Position numbers and translations under genes: made by a program. Below are positions 33,101 through 41,623 of a DNA stretch of 64,000 nt, in pieces (position 1 is the first letter of the stretch; each line of letters starts with the position of its first letter). The stretch spans positions 4,480,001 to 4,544,000 of the forward strand of contig CAWAIF010000003.1 in NCBI GenBank assembly GCA_963782055.1, given 5' to 3'. Below the pieces are notes generated by a model, which saw only the letters and a list, made by a program, of their open reading frames with translations, was not told where the DNA came from and ran no database searches. The stretch is from an uncultured delta proteobacterium. Lineage in GTDB: Bacteria > Myxococcota_A > Polyangia > Polyangiales > Polyangiaceae.

Positions 33101-33759
33101 GGCGCGAGCTCACTGTCCGCCCGCGCGAGCGCATCGTCGATCCGCTTCAGGACGTGCTTCGGCCGATTCGCGCGGACGAGGCGCCCGGGACGCTTGAGCT
33201 TGGCGGGCGCGAGCCACTTGCGGACCGTCTCGGTGATCGCCAGGCGTGGCTCGCCTGGCGGCGCGGGAGTGGACGCGGGCGTGGACGCACGCGCACGCCG
33301 CGCCGAGCCGGGGGTCGTGGCCGCGGCCGAGGCCATACCCGTGGGCCGAGCAGTGCGAGGGGGCGCTCGGGGCGTGCCGCCGAGGAGCTTCTCGTCGCCG
33401 TCGGTGAGCTGGCGGGGCGTCTGCAGCGACATGCCGAGCTTGCCCTTGTCGGCCTTCACGCCCTTTCCGGTCGAGAACCTGAACCTCGGCAGGAGCTTCG
33501 TGATGTCGGCGATGGGCGTCGTGTTCGGGTCGCTCTTCCAGCCGTCGGCGTCCGCTTTCGGGTCGCGCAAGATCGCGACGAGCCAGAGCACGTCGCCCGG
33601 GCGAACGGTCACCAGGTAGAGATCACCCCCGCTCGCGAGCGGCTCGAGGTTCGGGTTGCGGCTCGCGTAGCGATCCGTGCGCCACACGCTGCCCGGCGCG
33701 AGACCCTTCGCCTGTTTCTCGAACACGGCCTTGGAGACGACGGCGAGGACACTCGACAT
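30166..33759 (-). CDS. DUF4132-domain protein with an uncharacterised ~125-aa N-terminal domain
   Basis: C-terminal ELEDILVPELGL...LDYGARTF...PKPVKSDD...RLERAM...HPLLHHLAPRIVW...IAH...W..VFDDYEILQPFAQLGRE, typical of DUF4132. Confidence 0.82.
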   Translation of the reverse strand: MSSVLAVVSKAVFEKQAKGLAPGSVWRTDRYASRNPNLEPLASGGDLYLVTVRPGDVLWLVAILRDPKADADGWKSDPNTTPIADITKLLPRFRFSTGKGVKADKGKLGMSLQTPRQLTDGDEKLLGGTPRAPPRTARPTGMASAAATTPGSARRARASTPASTPAPPGEPRLAITETVRKWLAPAKLKRPGRLVRANRPKHVLKRIDDALARADSELAPLAAKIRAWLADDDGRFTAAHDDETQVAASNLLRHFVHGLGFYTPDLAGNWARALGVEHAARLLLHDPLVDLASTRAMADERLVRATDDGGRAYRVQSALTTLIPYARDGAPEELARLKRELEPLVVALPPVAHVALARLVRDQETIDEIARRAAADAAYLEKFDRDSDAVRALIAESHDADAVEKILQTFKYVHFSTASSLAHALEHLPTTMMKRAMLALLPKTEKSSTPGDYKAYAQVLACIDDADVADYLACHAHAKPVQPVALEYFTLHPHHVGALDAASKQRGKAGAAATTILEAVRRHAPAGARSVAAAVATASAADVPAALREPQWKKKNAGNELVLDLPIPIEPVTQLEPDRYVGWVQGPLWTRFRNVASLKAHLESGYYPKIRNEYLEGLLADLGPEAAPVVIEAAAREPALNVGFFTHVLSPRGAVALASLLARTKEAPEVRAFLIEHADLAAKGLVPAAVGKDTKLRRAGRAGIAVVADAGKVGAVAAVARSLGIDPKLLEPDDALPAPGKMPPFARASALPAPVLAKSGAALPEAAVANLLAVLSVLPKDHGHAVVSEIKAACTQDSLDTFVWALVSDYVLTGGHARHDWALFAAGHLGSDEVARKIDTAARKWVQVSVALMQKSLDVLALIGTDVALSLLYERGLAAKFADTQQRARQILEQVAAQRGVEYAELEDILVPELGLDLGPIVLDYGARTFEVKLDEQLAAHVIVDGERKAAPPKPVKSDDREKAKAAAARFATLAEDLSHVARTQILRLERAMREARAWEREAWLREVVRHPLLHHLAPRIVWRVDGELVRVAEDGTFANEDDVTVSIDGATEVRIAHALDQDPDKWAKMARVFDDYEILQPFAQLGRETFRPKGAKYTDAVGRKVPWAAVDELLTGRGWIRTPPDGGTVKTLAFPLDRFGAAGASARLGITPGLTIGAIKARPEQTVGELELRDVTFGDLDPRVASELVRDAATLG

Positions 33760-34002
33760 GACCGTGAAACTCACCAGACAATCGCCGCACGAACAAGGCC
33801 GAACTTCGCGCCGCGCTCCCGCTCGTCTCGAGCAGGAGCTGCCTCGCGCGCGCGGGCAGGCGCGGCGCGTCGACGAGCTCAGGACGGTCACCCGAGACCA
33901 GGGTCACACGCCGCTGGCGGTGGCCCCGGTGGCCGTCGGGGACGCTTCGACGTAGCCTCCCGGAGCACGCGGTCGACACGCCACTCACGGGGACGGTGAA
34001 CC

Positions 34003-36042
34003 ATGGACAACACGCAGCTGAGCGCGCGCGACGGCAGTTGGTTTCTCTTCGGCGACTGGCAGGGCGTCACCCGCCTCGCGCTGCCCGGCGACAAGGTGAA
34101 GACCAACTGCGATCTCGATCGTCCGAACGAGACGAAGCCGCTCGTCCTCCGCCAGAACGGCATGGTCTGGCTCAGGTACGGCGACGACGTGGACCCGGTG
34201 ACCCTGAAGAAGGTCAGCCCCACCGAGCGGGGGCACGACAGCCCCGATCCCCTCGGTGGGCCCGAGCTGGCCGTTGACCACGCGGGGGCCAAGATCACGG
34301 TGCGCGGTGTGGAGCTCGCCTTCGAGCCGAGCGGCGACGAGCTGCCCCTCGGTGGCGCCGTGGGCCGCCGGCTCGCGTACGCTTCCGCGGCCTACCAGGT
34401 GTTCGACGACGGCTCGCTCGTCATCTTCGGGACCGTCGACAAGACCGTGGTGGTCACTCACGTCGTGCGCGAGCCCGACGGCGCCGCGCGCGTGGCGTTC
34501 TGTCGATCGGTGGCCCGATTGCCCCACGGCGATCCGGACGCGTTCGTGCGCGACGGGACCGTGCTGCTCGCGGACCGGGACCTCGAGCGCGACGTCGGCT
34601 GGCTCGTCACGATCGATCCGACCGGCCAGAGCACCGTGGCGAAGACCGCGGCCGTCGCTGGACCGTGGGTCCACGACGGCAAGCTCTGGTGGCAGCCCGA
34701 CGGGGCCACACTGTGCGCGGGCGACACGCTCGGAGAGCCCACCGAGCAGTTCGATCTGCCCGAGGAGCACGCGGGCGCCGGGCGCCTCTTGCGCCTGCCC
34801 GGACGCAAGCTCCTGCTGCCATGGCACGGCGCCTGCGTCCTCGACCTCGCGCCCGCCAAGAAGAACAAGACCGAGCTGTCACGCAAGCACAAGGCGGCGG
34901 ACGAGCCGATGTATCGCAAGGCGGCCGACCTGCTACGGCCGATCGCCGACGGCATGGCCCGCCGAGGGGTGCGCGTCCGCTGGCTCGGGGTGGTGCGTCG
35001 CGGCAAGTACGTCGAGGCGCGCGTTGCGATCCATGGTCCGTGCGACGTCGTGACCTATGCCCTCGCTCGTGCGCTCCAGAATGGCTGCAGAGCGCTGCTC
35101 GAGCCCTCTGGGGTCCGCAGCGTGTCCGTCCTGGGCGGAACCTCCTTCGACGACATCCTCGATCCGGCGCACGCTGTCGGAGCCACCGACATCCGGGCAC
35201 TCGTGCGCCTGCTCGAGGCCGCCGGGATCAACCCGGCCTCCGGCCTCGGCGGGCTGCAATCCCTCGATCGCGTCGCCGCCGAGCGCAACAAGCCCATTCC
35301 CTGGACGCCCGAGGCCATGGAGGTCGCCGTAGGCGCGGTCCTCGCCGGCCTGCGTTCCGAGCCGGGCCCGTCGGTCGTGCCGGTCAGGGCCGAAGCCTAC
35401 GCCGAGGCGCCAGCGCGGCTCTCCGACTACGAGGGCATGCGCAAGCATGGCGTCGACGCCTCCTCCACGGGCATGTTCCTGGCCGTGGACGCCCATCGCC
35501 GCTTCGGCGCGGACACTGCGGCGCCGCTGGCGACCATGCTCGAGAAGCTGAACCCGACCTACCGCAACGACTACGAGGGGGCGGTCGGCCTGCCAATCAC
35601 CCCCTACGTGCCGCCGGTCGTCGAGGAAGAGCCTCTGAGCGACCAAGAGAGCCGCGTCGTCGGGGAGCTGGAGACGGTGCTCGGCCGCGATCTCGGGCTC
35701 GACGCACCGGCCTGCCGCGAAGGCCGCGCCTGGTATCGTTTTGCCGCCGGGGGCCACCCGCTCCAGGCCGGCATCATCGACGATCTGCGCGTCACCGGCA
35801 CGCTGTGCAAGGTGAGCATCAACGCCAACCTCGGCAAGCTCATCGCTGCCCTCAAGCGTGCCAACCCGAAAGGCGCGCGCGCGCGGTTCTTCGAATCCGA
35901 CGGCTACATCCACGTGAAGGCCGGTTGCCCCGTGGCCGAGGCCGACGCCGCCAGCATCAAGTCGCTCCTCGACGCGTGCATCGAGCGGCTCGACTCGGCC
36001 GAGGCCGGCTCCTTGAAGGCGACCTACAAGAGCGAGTGGTGA
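34003..36042 (+). CDS. Hypothetical protein (N-terminal beta-rich region; C-terminal YbjN/T3SS-chaperone-like domain)
   Basis: 679-aa ORF with strong GC3 bias. The C-terminus LIAALKRAN..ARARFFESDGYIHV resembles a YbjN-type fold (weak). Confidence 0.7.
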   Translation: MDNTQLSARDGSWFLFGDWQGVTRLALPGDKVKTNCDLDRPNETKPLVLRQNGMVWLRYGDDVDPVTLKKVSPTERGHDSPDPLGGPELAVDHAGAKITVRGVELAFEPSGDELPLGGAVGRRLAYASAAYQVFDDGSLVIFGTVDKTVVVTHVVREPDGAARVAFCRSVARLPHGDPDAFVRDGTVLLADRDLERDVGWLVTIDPTGQSTVAKTAAVAGPWVHDGKLWWQPDGATLCAGDTLGEPTEQFDLPEEHAGAGRLLRLPGRKLLLPWHGACVLDLAPAKKNKTELSRKHKAADEPMYRKAADLLRPIADGMARRGVRVRWLGVVRRGKYVEARVAIHGPCDVVTYALARALQNGCRALLEPSGVRSVSVLGGTSFDDILDPAHAVGATDIRALVRLLEAAGINPASGLGGLQSLDRVAAERNKPIPWTPEAMEVAVGAVLAGLRSEPGPSVVPVRAEAYAEAPARLSDYEGMRKHGVDASSTGMFLAVDAHRRFGADTAAPLATMLEKLNPTYRNDYEGAVGLPITPYVPPVVEEEPLSDQESRVVGELETVLGRDLGLDAPACREGRAWYRFAAGGHPLQAGIIDDLRVTGTLCKVSINANLGKLIAALKRANPKGARARFFESDGYIHVKAGCPVAEADAASIKSLLDACIERLDSAEAGSLKATYKSEW

Positions 36043-36481
36043 CCCTCGAGCCCAGGTGAGGAACAACTCAACAACTCGACCCACCATCAGGACGACCCAC
36101 CCCCAGACATTCGCCGGATACTGGTCGTGTACCGTTCCGCCACGGCACGATTGACGGCTACTCGATCTTCGTTCCACGACTTCATCACGCGCTCGCGCTG
36201 GAGGGACTGGCGAGGCTGGCTCAGGCGGGCCTCCTTCCCCGCAGAACGCACGATTCGCACCGTGGCGACCGCGTGCGCACATCGAGCGCGAGATCGCTGG
36301 CCCCACGGGCGAAACGCTGGTCACGTCGGCCAGACGATGAGCACTCGCGGCGCGGCCGCGCCGTGGATCGCCGGAGCAAGGGAGCGTTCGACGTGGCCCA
36401 AAACTTGAATCAAATGCCGGCGCCGAGGGCAACCGTCTGAACGGGACAATCCCTCGCACTAGACGACAGGAGGAAGTTGTC

Positions 36482-37228
36482 ATGGCAAAGGTACTTTTCA
36501 TCGTCAGCGGTGCCACCTACTGGGTCCTGAAGGACGGCACCAGGTACGCAACCGGTTACTGGGCCGAGGAGTTCGCGAGGCCGTACAAGATCATCACCGA
36601 CGCCGGACACGAGGTCGTGGTCGCGGCGCCCAACGGCGTGACGCCGACCGTCGACATGATGAGCCTGCGTCCCGAGATGGCGGGCGGCGTGGAGGGCGCC
36701 CTCGAGCTGGAGGCCATCATCCGGTCCGCGGAGGCGATGCGGCGGCCGCTCAAGTTGTCGGACGTCCGCCTGGAGGACTACAACGCGGTCTACCTGCCGG
36801 GCGGTCACGGCCCGATGGCTGACCTCGCGTTCGACGCCGACGTGGGACGGCTCCTGACCGCGCAGCTCGCCTCGGGCAACCCCCTGTTCATCGTGTGCCA
36901 CGGTCCCGCCTCGATGCTGTCCACCAGGATCCACGGCGTGTCGCCCTTCAAGGGCTACCGGGTCACGTGCTTCACCAACAAGGAGGAGGAGGCCGTCGGA
37001 CTGGCGTCCAGGGCGACGTGGTTGCTGGAGACCGACATCAAGGAGAAGGTCGGCGTCAACTTCAGCTCCGGGGAGATCTGGAAACCGTACATGGTCGAGG
37101 ACCGGAACCTGGTCACCGGGCAGAACCCCCAATCGGCCGCGGTTCTGGCGAAGCGGCTGCTGGAGGTCCTGGAAGGGCGAACCCCGCGTCGTCCGACCGC
37201 GCGCAGCGAGGTTCACGCGCAGCACTGA
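36482..37228 (+). CDS. DJ-1/PfpI (Hsp31-like, class I glutamine amidotransferase-like) protein
   Basis: TGYWAEEF, YLPGGHGPM, VCHGP nucleophile elbow, VTGQNPQS; strong SD AGGAGG. Confidence 0.92.
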   Translation: MAKVLFIVSGATYWVLKDGTRYATGYWAEEFARPYKIITDAGHEVVVAAPNGVTPTVDMMSLRPEMAGGVEGALELEAIIRSAEAMRRPLKLSDVRLEDYNAVYLPGGHGPMADLAFDADVGRLLTAQLASGNPLFIVCHGPASMLSTRIHGVSPFKGYRVTCFTNKEEEAVGLASRATWLLETDIKEKVGVNFSSGEIWKPYMVEDRNLVTGQNPQSAAVLAKRLLEVLEGRTPRRPTARSEVHAQH

Positions 37229-37370
37229 TGAAGGCCCGAGCGCCGGCTCCCGTGCTTGCATGCGTTGCGAGCCGGAAGCCGGCGGGCGGTTCTCGCGGTG
37301 CTCGCCGGAGAGGCGGGCGACTCCGCGTGGCGGACCGATGGACGCGACACGGCAAGAATGGAGCGAAGGG

Positions 37371-37811
37371 ATGCACCAGACGGAGAGCCATCAGCCCGGT
37401 GAAGCTGAATTCAGGTGGACTCTGCCCGAATACGTTGATTGGAGGCCCTTCTCGGCTTTTCCTCCTTCCGTCCGCCTTGCGGTGGTGGTCGGGAACCCTG
37501 CCCAGGACGGCCCTTACGTGATCAGAGTCAAAGTGCCTGGCGGGGTCAAGCTGATGCCCCACAAGCACCCGGAGGACCGAGTCTATACTGTCATGACTGG
37601 CGTCTTCTACATCGGGCTGGGCGACACCTTCGACGGCGACAAGGTGCAGGCCTTTCCGCCCGGCAGTGTTGTCGTGCTCCCAGGCGGCACGTCCCATTTT
37701 CATTGGGCGAAGTCGGGCGAGTACGTGACGCAGGTGACGGCGATCGGCCCGCTCGGTCTCGAATACGTGGACCGGCACGACGACCCGCGCTTGCAACCTC
37801 GAGGCACGTGA
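37371..37811 (+). CDS. Cupin-domain protein
   Basis: GPYVIRVKVP..MPHKHPEDRVYTV..G, LPGGTSHFHWA. Confidence 0.88.
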   Translation: MHQTESHQPGEAEFRWTLPEYVDWRPFSAFPPSVRLAVVVGNPAQDGPYVIRVKVPGGVKLMPHKHPEDRVYTVMTGVFYIGLGDTFDGDKVQAFPPGSVVVLPGGTSHFHWAKSGEYVTQVTAIGPLGLEYVDRHDDPRLQPRGT

Positions 37812-37993
37812 TGGTCGTGCTCAGCCGGTCGACGGCCGCCGGTCGTCCACTCGGCGACGAAGCGCAGTTGACGCTGGATCGACGCGATCATCGGATCCGG
37901 GTCGGCTCGAGCGAGCTCGTCGATGTCGTGCATCGCGTCCTGCAGGCGTAACCAGAATGCGGCATACGACGTGATCGTGGAGGGAATGGTCTC
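37812..37993 (-). pseudogene. Possible Tsi6-like immunity protein remnant
   Basis: Minus frame IPSTITSYAAFWLRLQDAMHDIDELARADPDPMIASIQRQLRFVAEWTTGGRRP; no start codon, and cut at the cupin 3' end. Confidence 0.35.
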
Positions 37994-38037
37994 GCCAGCG
38001 CCAGGGTTGTGGGCCGAGCATCCCTTCGGGCGCGTCC

Positions 38038-39192
38038 TCAACCGTCGTCTGCGCCCGCTCTCTTCCCCTCCGCGCGGCGCTTGAGGTTGCGGAGTTGCGC
38101 GCTCTCCATGACCTCGTGCGCCAGAAGGAGCGCCGGCGTGGCGATCCGGTTGCGTGCCACCGGCTCGTATGCGCCGCGCACGCGGACGATCAAGCGGGTC
38201 GCCTCGTCGCCGATGGGCTCCAGCACGAAGGCCCACGTCATGGCGTACCGCGCGCCGAACATGCCCCACGATGGCGGCGTCTGGGGGCCGGCGGACGCGA
38301 GGCTGGGCGAGCCGAGCACGAGCAATCGCTCCGGCTCCACGCGCAGCACGGCGAAGCCTTCGTCACTCTCCGGCGTCGCCGGAAGCACGTCGCCCACCTC
38401 GAGCTGCTGCAGCTCCGGCACGATGTGGTCGGCGCTGGGCACACCGCCGTTGTCCAGCCGGTCGATGCTGTACCAGCCAGCGCGACGGCAGCCCATCTGG
38501 GCGAGCCACGGCCACACGCAATCCGGGCGCGCCTCGATCGTCACGGCATGCGTGCGTGAAGCCTGCGCGCGAGGGAGGATGTCGTCGCCGGGCAGGGTGC
38601 GCTCCGCGTCGGCCGTCACGTGGCCGAGCTCGCCGGCGATCTCGTGGAGGAGCCGGCGGCGGATGGTGCGCGAGAAGCGCCCGATGAGCCTCCAGTAGGG
38701 AGTGAAGGCGCGCCACGCGTCGTCGTCGGTGGCGTCGACGCGCAGGTCCACCTCCACCCACGCGCCGCCGCCGGTGCGCGGCTTGACCTGCAGGCTCCAC
38801 GCGACCTTGCCGTAGCCCGGCTCGTCGAACGCGGCGAATGTCTCCGCCGAGGTGTCGACGAAGGGAATCGCCGGCTTCCAGAACTTGCCGATGGCGCCGG
38901 CGACGAACTCCTCGCCCGGCACCTCGGCGAGACGGCGGAACGCCGAGCCGGGGCCGACAATCTCGTCCAGACGCGCGGAGCGCGGCGCGGGCTGCACGGG
39001 CTTGCCGCGCAGTCGCGCGCCGACGCGCTCCGGCAGGGTGCGCAGCGTGAAGAGCAGGCGCACGAAGCCGAGCTGGTAGAGATCGGTGGCGCGCACGACC
39101 TTCCAGGCTTCGGTCGGATCGGCGGCGACCGCGATGCGGTCGACCTCCCGAAGGCGAGGGGCAGGGACCAATTCGGCGATGGCGGTGGGCAT
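38038..39192 (-). CDS. Two-domain SRPBCC/DUF2867-like protein
   Basis: GAIGKFWKP...FDEPGYGKVAW...FTPYWRLI; second domain LPGDDIL..THAVTIEARPDCVWPWLAQMG..RAGWYS. Confidence 0.8.
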   Translation of the reverse strand: MPTAIAELVPAPRLREVDRIAVAADPTEAWKVVRATDLYQLGFVRLLFTLRTLPERVGARLRGKPVQPAPRSARLDEIVGPGSAFRRLAEVPGEEFVAGAIGKFWKPAIPFVDTSAETFAAFDEPGYGKVAWSLQVKPRTGGGAWVEVDLRVDATDDDAWRAFTPYWRLIGRFSRTIRRRLLHEIAGELGHVTADAERTLPGDDILPRAQASRTHAVTIEARPDCVWPWLAQMGCRRAGWYSIDRLDNGGVPSADHIVPELQQLEVGDVLPATPESDEGFAVLRVEPERLLVLGSPSLASAGPQTPPSWGMFGARYAMTWAFVLEPIGDEATRLIVRVRGAYEPVARNRIATPALLLAHEVMESAQLRNLKRRAEGKRAGADDG

Positions 39193-39702
39193 GGGCGGCG
39201 CAGCATCCAACGTGCGTGCCAGCGCCGAAGCCCCGTTCTGCGGGCATCCTCGCCGGGTGCCGCGTGCACGGACTTCGTGCGGCTGCGAATCCTGCGCCAC
39301 GGGGACAGACGACGAGGAGGCGCGAGGTGGTCGACTCCGCGGTCGTATCGATGCCGGCCCAGGTCTTGAGATGCACGTTCAACTACCGACTCGTCTTGTT
39401 TGCGTGTCTGCTGTTGGCTATCTCGTCAGTGGGTAGCGGCTCGTCGATGCCCGGATCGGCCAGCCTGCTCTGTCGTTCACTGGGCACTTGGGTGGGGGCG
39501 AGGCACGAGAGTCGCCGGCGCGGAGGAGGAGCCGTGAACGACGCGCGCCGGACCGCCGGCGGCGCGTTGGTCGAAACACGGGTGCGACCTGCGCATCGCC
39601 ACGCTGGGCGCAGCCGCGCGTGACCACGCTCCGGTCGCGCGAGGGCGAGGGTGTCCGGAGAGAGCAATCGCGCGGACGCGGCGCATGGCTACGTTGCCGT
39701 CC

Positions 39703-40485
39703 ATGACCCCCGTCCACCGCCTCGCCCGTGTCCTCGAGATCGCCGTCGTCGGCCTGCTCGTCCTCGCAGGAGTCGCCTTCCTCGTCGCCTCGCCCGCGCA
39801 TCGGCTGGGCCCCAGCATCGTCGTATGGTGCATGGCCGGCGTCGGGCTCGTGGCGTTCGAGCTGCGCTTCGCAGGCCACCGCCGCCGCGTCGCACGCGTG
39901 GGCGCCACGCTCCGCCAGATCGCGAGTCGCGTGCTCGAGTCGCCGGGTCCCATCCTCGACCGCAGCGGAGATCCGTTCGTCCGCGAGCTCGCCGCCAGCC
40001 CGCTGCTCGGGAGCGTGATGGCAGGGCGCACCTCCGCCCTGGGAGTCCAGGGCAAGGCGGGAGGGCACGACATGGAGATCGGTACGGCGATCATGGCCGC
40101 GCGCGACCTCGACATCACGATGTCCTACGTGCGACTGCCAGGCCTGCCGGCGAGCACCGCGCTGCGCGTCACCACGGCGGGGGCCCCGGGCGCCTTCGGG
40201 CGCACGGGCGCGCCCGGGCACCAGGTCGCCACCGGCGACGCGGCGTTCGACGCGAAGTGGGCGGTGGACGCCGACGAGTCCGTCGCGCGCTCACTGCTCG
40301 ACACCGACACGCGCCGTCACCTGCTCGACCTCGGCGCTCGCCTTCCGCGGCACGGCCACGCGAGCATCGAGACGACCCGCTTCGGGCTGCTCGTGCGCTG
40401 GCCGGGGGAGCTGTCGGAGCCGCTCGCCGGCGAGCTGCGAGACGTGGCGCTCGCCATGCAGCAGCGGCTCGCAGCGACGGCGTGA
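39703..40485 (+). CDS. Hypothetical membrane protein
   Basis: Two N-terminal TM segments and a TGDAAFDAKWAV motif. Start chosen from TACGTT -10 located 7 nt upstream. Confidence 0.7.
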   Translation: MTPVHRLARVLEIAVVGLLVLAGVAFLVASPAHRLGPSIVVWCMAGVGLVAFELRFAGHRRRVARVGATLRQIASRVLESPGPILDRSGDPFVRELAASPLLGSVMAGRTSALGVQGKAGGHDMEIGTAIMAARDLDITMSYVRLPGLPASTALRVTTAGAPGAFGRTGAPGHQVATGDAAFDAKWAVDADESVARSLLDTDTRRHLLDLGARLPRHGHASIETTRFGLLVRWPGELSEPLAGELRDVALAMQQRLAATA

Positions 40486-40521
40486 GTGTCGTCGCGCCGT
40501 GACGTCGGATAGACTGCGGGG

Positions 40522-41499
40522 GTGCTGCGCGACGTCAGGCGCCTGAGGGTCCCCGAGCTCGGCGCCTTTCACGAGAAGGTGGAGGTGCGGATGCCCAGCC
40601 TGCGCGTGAGCACGCAGCGCGGCCGCAACGTCGCCTCCGACTACGCGCTCGTGCAGCGGGCGGCGCCCTTCGTGCACCACCTCCGTCGGCCCCAGCTCGT
40701 CATCCTGCTCGAGGGGCACGCGCGGTTCGACGAGGGCGGCAAGCGCGTGTGGTTCGAGGCGGGGACGGCGATGCTCAGCGACATGTCCCGCGGCGGCACC
40801 GACGCGTTCGGCGGTGGCCGCTGCCGCTGGCTCGTCCTCCACTGGGACCCCACGGTGTGGGGCGCCCCCTTCACGGCGCAGGCCCGCGTCGCTCCCGTCG
40901 ACCGGCGCCTCCTCGCGCAAATCGACGCCGCGGCACACCGCCTGGCCGGACCGCTGCCGGCGGCGGCAATCGTCAGCATCATGGAGATCCTGCGCGCCTG
41001 GGGGCTCGCCCTCGCCCCTGCCACGGCGCGGGACCTGGAAGGCGAGGCCGGCGGCGCGGAGGACGCAGACGTCCACGCGGCGGTCTCCGCGCAGCTCGGC
41101 ATGCTCGAGACCTTCCCCGCCATCTCGGACCTCACCGCCACGCTGGGGACCAACGAGCGGCGACTGCACCGGCGCATCACCGCGATGGCCCGGCGCTACC
41201 AGCTCCCGTGGGCCCACTGGCGCGCGGCGCTCCACCACGTGCGGATGCTCTCCGCAATCCGGCTGCTCGCCGCGCCCGGGGCGACGACGGAGAAGGTCGC
41301 CCGGCTGACGGGCTTCCGGGCGCCGCCCGCGCTTTGCCACGCCTTCGACAAGGCCGGCCTGCCGTCTCCCGGCGCCCTCGCCCGCGCGGTCCGCGGTCAC
41401 GCGCTGGAGTCCTGGGGCGACCTCGTCACGACGCGCGGCGAGGAGAACGCGCTCCAGCGAGCAAGAAGCAGCGCTGACGCCCCCGCGCCTCGTCGGTGA
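40522..41499 (+). CDS. AraC-family transcriptional regulator
   Basis: N-terminal cupin-like region; C-terminal LGTNERRLHR and RLLAAPGATTEKVARLTGF...LCHAF HTH. Confidence 0.75.
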   Translation: MLRDVRRLRVPELGAFHEKVEVRMPSLRVSTQRGRNVASDYALVQRAAPFVHHLRRPQLVILLEGHARFDEGGKRVWFEAGTAMLSDMSRGGTDAFGGGRCRWLVLHWDPTVWGAPFTAQARVAPVDRRLLAQIDAAAHRLAGPLPAAAIVSIMEILRAWGLALAPATARDLEGEAGGAEDADVHAAVSAQLGMLETFPAISDLTATLGTNERRLHRRITAMARRYQLPWAHWRAALHHVRMLSAIRLLAAPGATTEKVARLTGFRAPPALCHAFDKAGLPSPGALARAVRGHALESWGDLVTTRGEENALQRARSSADAPAPRR

Positions 41500-41623
41500 C
41501 CGGCGGCTTCCGGTTCGTCGTGCCGAAGCCGTGGCGAGGCGTGCCGTCGCGGGCATGCGGAGATCACGACGAAGTCCGTCGTGAGCGAGCGCTTCCTTTG
41601 TCCGGCGCCTGCACCGCGCGCCC

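Noticed and set aside
39290..39500. Lower-GC intergenic patch as an ncRNA or small ORF
   Set aside because: No recognisable RNA motif, no consistent codon bias and no identifiable peptide.
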